From: a virus
Lineage: Duplodnaviria; Heunggongvirae; Uroviricota; Caudoviricetes
Strand: one strand, 5' to 3'
IMG/VR virus record: IMGVR_UViG_2563366806_000002
Length of the DNA: 32,811 nucleotides
Within the stretch, counting starts at the first letter, position 1. Each line of letters opens with the position of its first letter. The notes under the pieces were generated by a model. That model had not been told where the DNA came from. It saw only the letters and a list, made by a program, of their open reading frames with translations, and made no database searches. Both the position numbers and the translations under genes were made by a program. Below, piece by piece: positions 18,202-27,075 of the stretch.

Positions 18202-18293
18202 CCCATTTCTGCAGTACTGTTAAAAGTGACAGTGCTCGATGCTTTTTCCCGCCACTGTCATAACTGGCAGTGTCTGCCGGTACCACCCTCCAT

Positions 18294-18311
18294 TGTTACC
18301 AACCCCTGACA
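18294..18311. promoter_or_regulatory. TGT-N12-ACA dyad upstream of gpV (candidate late promoter activator box)
   Basis: TGTtaccaacccctgACA, centre 80 bp upstream of the V ATG. Confidence 0.45.
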
Positions 18312-18381
18312 ACGCCAGCGCGTTGCTTGCGCGCGCGTGGATCATGAAACTGGCTGTAAATTTAATAACGCAAGCCAGCTT

Positions 18382-19017
18382 ATGAACCTGAATGAACTCT
18401 ATCGCCTGATCTGTAACCTTGTCCGTATTGGTACGGTGACGGATGTTGATCTTGCTGCTGAGCCGCCAGTTGCGCGAGTCTCAACGGGAGAGAATACAAC
18501 GGACTGGATTCGCTGGGCGGCTTTGCGCGCCGGAAAGGCTGTTACATGGTGGGCACCTACGCCAGGCGAACAGGTGTTACTTTTTGCCCCATGCGGCGAT
18601 CTGGAAAATGCCGTCATCATGGGCAGCTTGTACAGCGATAGCGTGAAGCCACCGGATAACGGTGAAACGTCAAATGTCACTTTGTACCCTGACGGGGCAA
18701 AGGTTCTGTATGACCCGGAAACCGGCGCACTGGCTGCTACTGGTATTAAGAGCGCAACCGTAGAGGCGTCTGACTCTATCGCCGCGACTGCCCCCAAAAT
18801 GACCTGTACCGCAACAACCTCAATCACCCTTGATACGCCAGAAGTGATCTGCACTAAAAAGCTCTCATGCTCCACGTTTGAGATGAAACAGGGCGGCAAG
18901 ATGACCGGCAATGTTGAGCATAGCGGCGGCAGCTTTACATCAAATGGCGTTGTGGTGCATACCCACAAACATGGCGGCGTAGAACGTGGCGGAAGCCAGA
19001 CGGACGGCCCACAATGA
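18382..19017 (+). CDS. V: Baseplate spike/assembly protein (P2 gpV-like)
   Basis: WWAPTPGEQVLL, TLDTPEVICTKKL and VVHTHKHGG match recalled P2 V; start at ATG 18382. Confidence 0.85.
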   Translation: MNLNELYRLICNLVRIGTVTDVDLAAEPPVARVSTGENTTDWIRWAALRAGKAVTWWAPTPGEQVLLFAPCGDLENAVIMGSLYSDSVKPPDNGETSNVTLYPDGAKVLYDPETGALAATGIKSATVEASDSIAATAPKMTCTATTSITLDTPEVICTKKLSCSTFEMKQGGKMTGNVEHSGGSFTSNGVVVHTHKHGGVERGGSQTDGPQ

Positions 19018-19379
19018 CCAGTGCAAGATATCGCGGGATGAACGCCGAAACCGGCGAAACGCTCACCGATAACGAGCATATTTCTCAGTCCATCAATGAC
19101 ATTTTGTTAACGCCGGTTGGCTCTCGCGTTATGCGCCGTGCCTACGGCTCGCAGCTCAATAACCTGATTGACCAGCCAGGCAATGCCGTAACGCGCCTTC
19201 GCATTATGTCCGCGATATACAGCGCGCTTTTCCTTTGGGAGCCGCGTATCTCACTGACCAATATTGTACTGACGGAAACCGGGGCGGGGCAGATGATTGC
19301 CACCATCAAGGCCAGCCGTACCGATACCCAATCACCCTTTACCACGGACGTAACGATCGGCAGGCAGGTGCAGGCATGA
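19014..19379 (+). CDS. W: Baseplate protein W (gp25/GPW family)
   Basis: 121-aa ORF, ATGA overlap with V. Confidence 0.85.
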   Translation: MTSARYRGMNAETGETLTDNEHISQSINDILLTPVGSRVMRRAYGSQLNNLIDQPGNAVTRLRIMSAIYSALFLWEPRISLTNIVLTETGAGQMIATIKASRTDTQSPFTTDVTIGRQVQA

Positions 19380-20287
19380 GCGGAACAATCGATCTTTCAC
19401 AATTACCGCCTCCGGTGGTGGTGGAGCCGCTGGACTTTGAAACGCTGTTCAATGAGCGTAAAGAGGCGTTTATCGCACTTTACCCGGAAGATGAGCAGGA
19501 CGTTATCAGGCGCACCCTCTCGCTGGAATCTGAGCCGATCACCAAGCAGCTGGAAGAAAACTGTTATCGCGAATTGTTGCTACGCCAGCGCGTGAACGAA
19601 GCAGCGCGCGCGGTAATGGTGGCGTACTCTGTGGGCAGTGATCTGGATCAGCTGGCGGCAAATTTCAACGTGGAGCGCCTGACCATCACGCCGGAAGATG
19701 ACAGCGTTGTACCGCCTGTGCCTGCGGTGATGGAATCGGATGCCGATCTGCGCGTCCGCACTCCGCAGGCGTTTGAAGGGCTGAGCGTTGCCGGGCCAAC
19801 GGCGGCATATGAATTTTTCGGCCTGTCTGCTGATGGGCGCGTTGCTGATGTATCTGCCGTAAGCCCAACGCCTGCCTGCGTCACCATCTCTGTGCTTTCC
19901 CGCGAGGGTGACGGTACCGCCAGCCAGGAGTTGATCGATATCGTTGCCAGCGCGCTGAATGGCGAAGAGGTGCGCCCGGTTGCCGATCGCGTGACCGTGC
20001 AGGCGGCGGAGATCGTGCCTTATGGGATTGATGCCACGCTGTATATCTATCCGGGGCCGGAGTCGGAACCCATCCGCCAGGCATCTGAGCAGAAGTTACA
20101 GGCGTACATAGCCGATCAGCGTCGCCTGGGGCGTGATATCCGGCTGTCTGCCATTTATGCCGCGCTGCACGTTGAAGGAGTCCAGCGGGTGGAGCTGGCC
20201 CAGCCGGTGGCGGATATGGTGCTTGATGATACTCAGGCGTCCCACTGTACCGGCTACACCATAACCGTTGGGGGGTACGATGAGTAA
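19376..20287 (+). CDS. J: Baseplate protein J
   Basis: About 300 aa from ATG 19376 overlapping the W stop. Confidence 0.85.
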   Translation: MSGTIDLSQLPPPVVVEPLDFETLFNERKEAFIALYPEDEQDVIRRTLSLESEPITKQLEENCYRELLLRQRVNEAARAVMVAYSVGSDLDQLAANFNVERLTITPEDDSVVPPVPAVMESDADLRVRTPQAFEGLSVAGPTAAYEFFGLSADGRVADVSAVSPTPACVTISVLSREGDGTASQELIDIVASALNGEEVRPVADRVTVQAAEIVPYGIDATLYIYPGPESEPIRQASEQKLQAYIADQRRLGRDIRLSAIYAALHVEGVQRVELAQPVADMVLDDTQASHCTGYTITVGGYDE

Positions 20288-20897
20288 AACCCTCACGCCG
20301 CCCAGCTCAACGCGCCTTGAGCGTGTCGCCGCCCGTGTTTGCGCCTCTCTGGGGGAAGTGCGGGTACCGCTGCGTCAGCTCTGGGATCCGTATACCTGCC
20401 CGGTTGATCTGCTGCCCTATCTGGCGTGGGCTTTCTCCGTTGACAGATGGGATGAGAACTGGCCCCAGACAACGAAGCGTAAGGCGATAGCTGATGCGTT
20501 TTACCTGCACCGCTACAAAGGCACCACCGGAGCAATGCGCCGCGTTGTGGAGCCGTTCGGCTATTTCATCCGGGTTAACGAGTGGTGGAACATCGACACC
20601 GACCCAGGCACGTTTACGCTGGATATTGGCGTTGAAGAGGAAGGCATCAGCGAAGAAACCTATCAGGAGCTTGAGCGGCTGATCGCTGACGTTAAACCGT
20701 GTAGCCGTCACATGCTGGGCATGAGCCTGCACTTACAGACTACCGGCCCCCTTTATGTTGGTGCGTCTGCCTATCTGGGCGACACGCTGACCGTATATCC
20801 CTATTTCCCCGAAACCATTTCAGTTGGCGGTGCGGAGTATGTGGGGAGCGCAATTCATTTGATCGATACCGTGGAGATCTCACCAAGTGGCAACTAA
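20280..20897 (+). CDS. I: Baseplate/tail protein I
   Basis: ATG 20280 overlaps the J stop. Confidence 0.8.
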   Translation: MSKTLTPPSSTRLERVAARVCASLGEVRVPLRQLWDPYTCPVDLLPYLAWAFSVDRWDENWPQTTKRKAIADAFYLHRYKGTTGAMRRVVEPFGYFIRVNEWWNIDTDPGTFTLDIGVEEEGISEETYQELERLIADVKPCSRHMLGMSLHLQTTGPLYVGASAYLGDTLTVYPYFPETISVGGAEYVGSAIHLIDTVEISPSGN

Positions 20898-22209
20898 ATA
20901 TTATGCCCTGCTAACCAATGTCGGGGCCGCGAAGCTGGCGAACGCTACGGCATTGGGTGAACAGGTTGAAATTACTCAGATGGCGGTAGGGGATGGCAAC
21001 GGCGCACTGCCGACGCCAAACCCTGCGCAGACTGCGCTTGTGCATGAGCTGCGCCGCGCGCCGCTCAATACGCTGACCATTGACCCGGTAAACACCAACC
21101 AGATTATTGCTGAGCAGGTGATCCCGGAAGACGTGGGCGGGTGGTGGATCCGTGAGATTGGCCTGTATGACAGCGACGGCGACATGATAGCCGTGGCGAA
21201 CTGCGCTGAAACCTATAAGCCGTTATTGCAGGAAGGTAGCGGACGTATGCAGGTTATTCGCGTCATTCTGATCGTCAGCAGTACCCAGGCGGTAACGCTC
21301 AAAATTGATCCGTCTGTGGTGCTGGCAACCCGGCAGTATGTTGATGACCAGATAATCCAGGTTAAAGCCTTCGTAGATCAGCAACTGGCGGCGCACATCG
21401 CAGCGGCAGACCCTCATAAACAATATGCACCCAAGGCAAGCCCGGCCCTGACGGGAACGCCTACAGCGCCGACTGCGGCGCAGACAGTGAATAATACGCA
21501 GATTGCCACAACGGGATTTGTGAAATCAGCAATTGCTGCACTGGTAGCATCATCCCCGGCTGCACTGGACACGCTGAATGAATTGGCGGCAGCGCTGGGA
21601 AATGATCCAAACTTTGCCACCACTGTAACGAATGCGCTGGCGGGTAAGCAGCCGCTTGATAGCACTTTAACTAATTTATCGGGAAAGACAGTTAACGGCA
21701 TTCTCCAATACCTTGGTTTGGGAGAAGGTTCGGCATTACCCGTTGGTGTGCCTGTTCCGTGGCCTTCAGCCACTCCGCCAACAGGCTGGCTGAAATGCAA
21801 TGGTGCGCCTTTTTCTGCCGAAGAGTATCCGGAACTGGCAAAAGTTTATCCGACAAATAAATTGCCAGATTTACGTGGTGAGTTTATTCGTGGCTGGGAT
21901 GATGAACGTGGTGTGGATAGTGGGCGAACTCTGCTTTCAGCGCAAGGAGATGCTATTCGAAACATTACTGGCGGTTTTGGTCAGTTGCGCGTAAACAGCG
22001 AAATAAATGCAATTGTTGATGTTCAAAGTGTGAGTGGTGCTTTTTACGGAGGTACCTCAGTCCGGAATAACATCAACGTATCTATGACATACGCTAATGA
22101 CCGAAATATCCGACAAGATGTTCACTTCTCGGCGGCAAATGTTGTTCCAACAGCAAATGAAAATCGTCCACGTAACATCACCTTTAATTATATTGTGAGG
22201 GCCGCATGA
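20887..22209 (+). CDS. H: Tail fibre protein (P2 gpH-like); GTG start; variable C-terminal domain begins near 21727
   Basis: N-terminus (ALLTNVGAAKLANATALGEQVEITQMAVGDGNG) matches P2 H; the C-terminal ~160 aa lie inside the candidate invertible segment. Confidence 0.85.
   Translation: MATKYYALLTNVGAAKLANATALGEQVEITQMAVGDGNGALPTPNPAQTALVHELRRAPLNTLTIDPVNTNQIIAEQVIPEDVGGWWIREIGLYDSDGDMIAVANCAETYKPLLQEGSGRMQVIRVILIVSSTQAVTLKIDPSVVLATRQYVDDQIIQVKAFVDQQLAAHIAAADPHKQYAPKASPALTGTPTAPTAAQTVNNTQIATTGFVKSAIAALVASSPAALDTLNELAAALGNDPNFATTVTNALAGKQPLDSTLTNLSGKTVNGILQYLGLGEGSALPVGVPVPWPSATPPTGWLKCNGAPFSAEEYPELAKVYPTNKLPDLRGEFIRGWDDERGVDSGRTLLSAQGDAIRNITGGFGQLRVNSEINAIVDVQSVSGAFYGGTSVRNNINVSMTYANDRNIRQDVHFSAANVVPTANENRPRNITFNYIVRAA
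21701..21726 (+). repeat. Candidate Gin/Hin/Cin/Pin-type inversion crossover site inside H (TTCTCCAATACC-TT-GGTTTGGGAGAA)
   Basis: 15-bp core TTGGTTTGGGAGAAG (21713..21727) recurs inverted at 23546..23560; right half matches the recalled gix half-site GGTTTTGGATAA at 10/12. Confidence 0.6.
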
Positions 22210-22811
22210 TGAATAAAGCTGTATTAAATAGTGAACTCATTGCCATAAAAGCGGGAGACATTATCATTTATAATTATGATGGTGAAACGCGTGAATATAT
22301 TTCTACATCAACTGAATATCTCGCTGTCGGCGTCGGTATTCCGGCATGTTCTTGTTTGGATGCACCAGGTACACATAAAGCTGGTTATGCAATCTGTCGC
22401 TCTGTAGATTTAAATTCATGGAAATATGTGCCAGATCATCGCGGTGAAATCGTCTATAGCACCGAAACAGGAGAATCGAAAGAAATCACAGCTCCGGGTG
22501 ATTATCCTGAAAATACAACCACTATCGCCCCGTTAACGCCATACGATGAATGGAATGGTGAGAAATGGGTGACAGATACCGAGGCACAGCATCGCGCCGC
22601 AGTAGACGCGGCAGAAGCACAGCGTCAGTCACTGATTGATACTGCAATGGCTTCCATTAGTCTGATTCAACTGAAATTACAGGCCGGGCGGAAACTGACG
22701 CAGGCAGAAACAACCCGGCTTAACGCTGTGCTGGATTACATTGACGCGGTGACGGCAACAGATACCAGCACCGCGCCGGATGTCATCTGGCCTGAACTGC
22801 CGGAGGAGTAG
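22206..22811 (+). CDS. Tail fibre assembly chaperone (gpG/Tfa-like)
   Basis: 201 aa; conserved Tfa C-terminal motif LDYIDAVTATDTSTAPDVIWPELP. Confidence 0.8.
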   Translation: MMNKAVLNSELIAIKAGDIIIYNYDGETREYISTSTEYLAVGVGIPACSCLDAPGTHKAGYAICRSVDLNSWKYVPDHRGEIVYSTETGESKEITAPGDYPENTTTIAPLTPYDEWNGEKWVTDTEAQHRAAVDAAEAQRQSLIDTAMASISLIQLKLQAGRKLTQAETTRLNAVLDYIDAVTATDTSTAPDVIWPELPEE

Positions 22812-23223
22812 GCCATTCAATATCTGGTGCACTGGAAGTATCGACCAGCTCCAGTGCGTCCAGATAATCCAGCCACAAATTATATTGCGCCAGTTCCTCA
22901 CCTTTCAGACGACCAATAGCCGCTTTACCAACCCATTGTCTACTGTTCATATAATCGTTGGCCTGATTAATCAATTGCTGCTTTTTAGTTTCGGCTGATG
23001 CAATTTGTTCTTCACGTGTTGGCGGTGGAACATCTGCCCATGCTGGCATTCCATCGTCTCCGGTAATTCTGTACTTACCGTCAGGCGGCGTATCATGGAA
23101 ATATTCCCTGAAAATAGCTTCGTCTATATCCACGCCTTTACCTTCGGGCCATTGGCCTTTTGCAGCGTAAACAGACTGGAGGGCATAAGGGTACGCCAGA
23201 TTATCAACATACAAATATTTCAT
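22783..23223 (-). CDS. Alternative tail fibre assembly chaperone (Tfa'), convergent with and overlapping the + strand tfa
   Basis: 146 aa with the same C-terminal motif LDYLDALELVDTSSAPDIEWP. Confidence 0.8.
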   Translation of the reverse strand: MKYLYVDNLAYPYALQSVYAAKGQWPEGKGVDIDEAIFREYFHDTPPDGKYRITGDDGMPAWADVPPPTREEQIASAETKKQQLINQANDYMNSRQWVGKAAIGRLKGEELAQYNLWLDYLDALELVDTSSAPDIEWPTPPAVQAR

Positions 23224-23225
23224 AA

Positions 23226-23555
23226 TTAACGCCCTTTCGCGTAGAAGGCTCCACCTTCAAAGCCATAGTTACAATGAGCAACGAAACCTGTTTTCGTCCA
23301 GTTAGTTGCGCCCCACATATTCCCACCACCAAAACCGCCGTCATATACAATCACTACGTCTGGCTCCTGCGTAAAAGGAATGGGGAAAGTCACATTTGTA
23401 GATACCGCCGCGGCGTTAGTCGGGAAATTAATTCTTCCCCACTGTTCAATTGAACCATCAGGCAATTTTTGCCAGCCAGATCCTGATGAATAAGCTGACA
23501 TGTCTGGTATCTGATTCGCCCCAGTCCCCACATTCCTTTTCGCCGCTTCTCCCAA
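23226..23555 (-). CDS. Start-less alternative tail-fibre C-terminal cassette (Hc')
   Basis: Gly-rich fibre-tip-like 109 aa; begins exactly at the shared GLGE junction found in H; no ATG or RBS of its own (track start is TTG). Confidence 0.7.
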   Translation of the reverse strand: MGEAAKRNVGTGANQIPDMSAYSSGSGWQKLPDGSIEQWGRINFPTNAAAVSTNVTFPIPFTQEPDVVIVYDGGFGGGNMWGATNWTKTGFVAHCNYGFEGGAFYAKGR

Positions 23556-23572
23556 ACCAACCTTTGATAGAA
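23546..23572 (-). repeat. Partner inversion crossover site at the 5' edge of the Hc' cassette (minus strand TTCTATCAAAGG-TT-GGTTTGGGAGAA)
   Basis: Perfect inverted copy of the 15-bp core in H. Confidence 0.6.
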
Positions 23573-23683
23573 GCTACAGCACCGCCATAAATGACCGTGC
23601 TGCAGCACGGTTAAAAGTGACGGTGCCCGATGATTTCGGTACCACACTGCCAACAATGAACGTGTTGGCCATAAAAAATAAAG

Positions 23684-24133
23684 TTAGAAATTCACCCCCG
23701 CTTTCACCATAGACAGCACATCATCGTTGGTAATTTCCGCCAGCTTCTCCCTGATATCCTCGCTGACCTTTTTCAGGGTGAGAGTAAAATCAATCTTCCG
23801 CGCTTTCCCGTCCTGAAAGAACTCAGTGCGATTCTGGGTTAACCCGTCGATCACATACATACCGTAAATCTTGCCGGTACCTTCAATCAGGGGCCAGGCT
23901 CTGCCGGTGTATGCCATTGTCTCCAGCGTAGTGAGCGACACATCGCCGCCGCTGATTTCCGGGTACAGCGTACCGGATAGCGTGATCGGCTCTTCATCCG
24001 GGCCTATGTACTGATAGCGCGGGGATTTCCCCACGCGATCGTTTTTGACGTGTCGCCATGTATTCGACTGGTTCGACGTCTGGTAGGGCGTCGTTTGCAG
24101 TGCAAACGGAAACATGCCCAATATCATCATCAT
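23684..24133 (-). CDS. U: Tail protein U
   Basis: 149-aa ORF after the tape measure on the minus strand; gpU-like. Confidence 0.85.
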   Translation of the reverse strand: MMMILGMFPFALQTTPYQTSNQSNTWRHVKNDRVGKSPRYQYIGPDEEPITLSGTLYPEISGGDVSLTTLETMAYTGRAWPLIEGTGKIYGMYVIDGLTQNRTEFFQDGKARKIDFTLTLKKVSEDIREKLAEITNDDVLSMVKAGVNF

Positions 24134-24144
24134 GGCTTTGCCCC

Positions 24145-27075
24145 TTATTCGTGGTCGGTCAGTTGCGAGCGTTTGCGCCGTGCGGCCTGCAGCTGGGCAA
24201 CGGTGAACTCTTCGCGGATGTGCTGGACAAGTTTTTGTTCATCCATCTGGCCCGCATCGTTGATGTTGATTTCAAAGTTAAACACGTCGCCGCCAGGCAT
24301 CAGCGCCGCGACGGAAGCCGCAGACGGAACCGCCGACACTGGAGAACGGGCGGCAGGCTGCTGAACACTGTACGGCAGCACCGAAGAAACGAGCGCGCCA
24401 GCCTGCTGCTGCATCCATGCTGTGAGTGATGGCACCTGCCGCTGAACCTGCTGCACCGGTTCGGCGTACCCGCCACGGATAGGAATGTACGGCTGCTTAT
24501 TCTTGAAGACGATTTCACCGGGGCCGTCTTTCTTCTCTGCCGTGTTGCTGGCGATTTTATCCAGACTACCGCTGATCTTAGGTGCGAGGTTTGCCGGGCC
24601 TTTCAGGTTATTGGCAAGCGCCTGCTGTTGCTGGCTCTGTTCGGTTTTTCGCTTCTGCTCCTTCTTCTCCTCTTCCTTCTTCGATTGCGCGGTGACGGCT
24701 TTCAGATCCCCGGCAAGCGTATCCGCCAGCCCGGTAAGTTTCTTCTGCGTGTTCACCTGCTCAACGGCTTTTTTGGCTCTCTCTGCCTGATCGGGGATCA
24801 AGCCCAGCTTTTCCAGCACCAGATCCAGACCTTTCCAGAGTTGTTCAACGGGCCATAGCACCAGTGAGATGGCCTCACCCACAATCTTGCCGAAGGACTC
24901 CCCGGCGCTGGTACAGGATTTAAGCGCCTCAGTGGAGAACTGGATCGGCTCAAACAGCTTTGTAAACCAGTCCCATACCGTACTGAGCGCGGAGATGATG
25001 GCGTCAAATATCGGTACCAGCGGTGAGAATACTGCGGAAACGATAGAAAAGATCGGCTGTAGCCCCTGCATCAGACCGGTGAAGAACCCGCTGAAAAACG
25101 CCTTGATAGGTTGCCAGAACTGGATGATCGCAATAGCGACGCCAGCAAACAGGGCAATCAGACCCCAGACTGGGGCAGAGATACCCGCCAGCAGCGTGAT
25201 CAGGGGGCCAAAGACCGCACGACCGGCAGTAAGTAGCGCCTGCATAGGCGAACCAGCCAGCCACTGAAACGCGCCGCCCAGCCGGGTGATGCTGGTCAGC
25301 AGCTTAGCGATCCCGCCTTCACCTGCCAGCGTGGTAAAGCTCAGGCGTACAAGGGCCATCGGGCCAAGAATTGCGCCCAGCGCCAGCATAAGCGAACCCA
25401 ACACCGTGAGAATGGCACCAATCGCGGCGACGGTCTTCATGATGGCGGCAACCAATGCCGGGTTGGCTTCAATCCAGCCCCGGATTGATTGCAGAACGCC
25501 GCCGACTGATTTCATAATCGCCATCATTGGCCCGCGCATGGTTTCGCCCAGCGCGCTGAAATTGTTGCCAAACTCAGCTTTGGTTATCTGCCACTGTGAT
25601 GAAAGGGAATCTTTATCAATATCGGATTCCCGCTTCATGGATCCTTTCGACGCGGTGCCGTGGGTTAATTCGAGCTGTCTGCGCAGCTCAGGAAGATTGT
25701 TGGCGACCTTTCTTACTGCCATGGCATATTCATCACCAAAAAGCTGAGTAAGAACGTTTAGTTGCTTGTCGTCGTCAAGCTTTTTGGTGGCTTCCATCAC
25801 CGCCATAATGGTGCCCATGGCGTCTTTTGCCATGTTCTTCTGCACCTTCTCCGCGCTCAGCCCCAGCGCGTCCAGACCTTCCATAAACCGATCCGGTTGC
25901 ACCATGGCGTTGCCCAACTCGCGCACCATCGCTTTAACAGCAGTACCAGCAGTCTCTGCGCCTTCACCAAGGCTCAGGAATGTAGACCCTAACGCCGCCG
26001 AGTTCTTATAGCCGAGCTGATCGGCAGTGCCGCCCACTCGCAACAGAACATCAATTATTTCGGAGCCTTTTGATTTGGCGTTATCGTCAAGATAGTTAAT
26101 GGCGTCGCCTAATTCGCCAATATTCTGTATTGGTACTTTGTACAGGCCTGCAATCTTACCCAGGCTTTCTGACAACTGATCGGCAGGCAGCTCAAATGCT
26201 TTTGAGGCCATGGCGGCAGTGTTGGCAAAATTCAGCAGATCTTTTTTCTGCTTCTGCCATGGATCATCGCTATTAGCCACGCCCATACGAGCGCCGCCCT
26301 CTACCAGCGCGGCATAATCAACCGCCCCGTTGGGCATGGGTAGATTTTCGGAAGCGTCTTTGATGGCCTTTTGCATCTCAGCAAACTGAGCTGTGCGGTT
26401 GCCGCTATCATCGCGCAGACCATTCACCTGTTTGGATACGCCCTTCATGGCGTCTTCCAGACTGCTGTAACTCTTGATAGCGGCGACGACAGGAGCTACT
26501 ACCGCCGCACCAGTCGCAGCGGTCTTCATGCCAGCGCTTTGCAGCTTCTCACCGGTTTCTTTGGCGCGAGCATAGCGGGCTTGCGCCTGAGTGACGGACT
26601 CAAGCCGCCGTTGTTGCTCAGTAAGCTGGCGGTTGTACTGCGCGGTGCGCTGGCTGATTTGTTCCGTTGCCCGGCTGGTGCTGCTGATCGCAATCCCTTC
26701 GCTGTAGAAGCTGGCGCGCAATTGATTAAGCTGGGCCTGTTCCGTTTTCTGCTGGGCTGTCAGGTTGCGGATCGCTGCCCGCTGCTGATTGAGGGCGGTA
26801 ACTTGCTCAGTGCTGCGCTGGCGTAGCGGGCCGAATGCCGCCGCCATTTCACGCGCCTGCGTCTTTGCCTGAGCCAGTTGATCGGTGGTCTTCTTATTGG
26901 CTGCGGTCAGCCGGTCAAAGCTGGAAGCCTGACGCTCAAGCCCTTTGATGCTGCTTTGCGTCTGCTTGATTTGAGAGGCCAGCGCGGCGGCGCTCTGGCG
27001 CGCCGCACTGACAGGGCGGGACATATTATTCAGGGCGCTGAAAGCAACCTGAATATTTAATTTGCGGTCTGCCAT
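24145..27075 (-). CDS. T: Tail tape measure protein (P2 gpT-like)
   Basis: 976 aa, coiled-coil and Gly/Ala-rich hydrophobic repeats typical of tape measures. Confidence 0.9.
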   Translation of the reverse strand: MADRKLNIQVAFSALNNMSRPVSAARQSAAALASQIKQTQSSIKGLERQASSFDRLTAANKKTTDQLAQAKTQAREMAAAFGPLRQRSTEQVTALNQQRAAIRNLTAQQKTEQAQLNQLRASFYSEGIAISSTSRATEQISQRTAQYNRQLTEQQRRLESVTQAQARYARAKETGEKLQSAGMKTAATGAAVVAPVVAAIKSYSSLEDAMKGVSKQVNGLRDDSGNRTAQFAEMQKAIKDASENLPMPNGAVDYAALVEGGARMGVANSDDPWQKQKKDLLNFANTAAMASKAFELPADQLSESLGKIAGLYKVPIQNIGELGDAINYLDDNAKSKGSEIIDVLLRVGGTADQLGYKNSAALGSTFLSLGEGAETAGTAVKAMVRELGNAMVQPDRFMEGLDALGLSAEKVQKNMAKDAMGTIMAVMEATKKLDDDKQLNVLTQLFGDEYAMAVRKVANNLPELRRQLELTHGTASKGSMKRESDIDKDSLSSQWQITKAEFGNNFSALGETMRGPMMAIMKSVGGVLQSIRGWIEANPALVAAIMKTVAAIGAILTVLGSLMLALGAILGPMALVRLSFTTLAGEGGIAKLLTSITRLGGAFQWLAGSPMQALLTAGRAVFGPLITLLAGISAPVWGLIALFAGVAIAIIQFWQPIKAFFSGFFTGLMQGLQPIFSIVSAVFSPLVPIFDAIISALSTVWDWFTKLFEPIQFSTEALKSCTSAGESFGKIVGEAISLVLWPVEQLWKGLDLVLEKLGLIPDQAERAKKAVEQVNTQKKLTGLADTLAGDLKAVTAQSKKEEEKKEQKRKTEQSQQQQALANNLKGPANLAPKISGSLDKIASNTAEKKDGPGEIVFKNKQPYIPIRGGYAEPVQQVQRQVPSLTAWMQQQAGALVSSVLPYSVQQPAARSPVSAVPSAASVAALMPGGDVFNFEININDAGQMDEQKLVQHIREEFTVAQLQAARRKRSQLTDHE

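Noticed and set aside
21701-23683. Search for a serine invertase (Gin/Hin/Cin/Pin-like) gene next to the fibre cassette
   Set aside because: No ORF of about 180-200 aa with a resolvase/invertase N-terminus is present here or elsewhere in the window; the gap 23556..23683 is too short to encode one.
24485-25747. Several plus-strand ORFs (101 to 153 aa) inside the tape measure gene
   Set aside because: Antisense to gpT; Ser/Leu/Cys-rich low-complexity translations with no start context.
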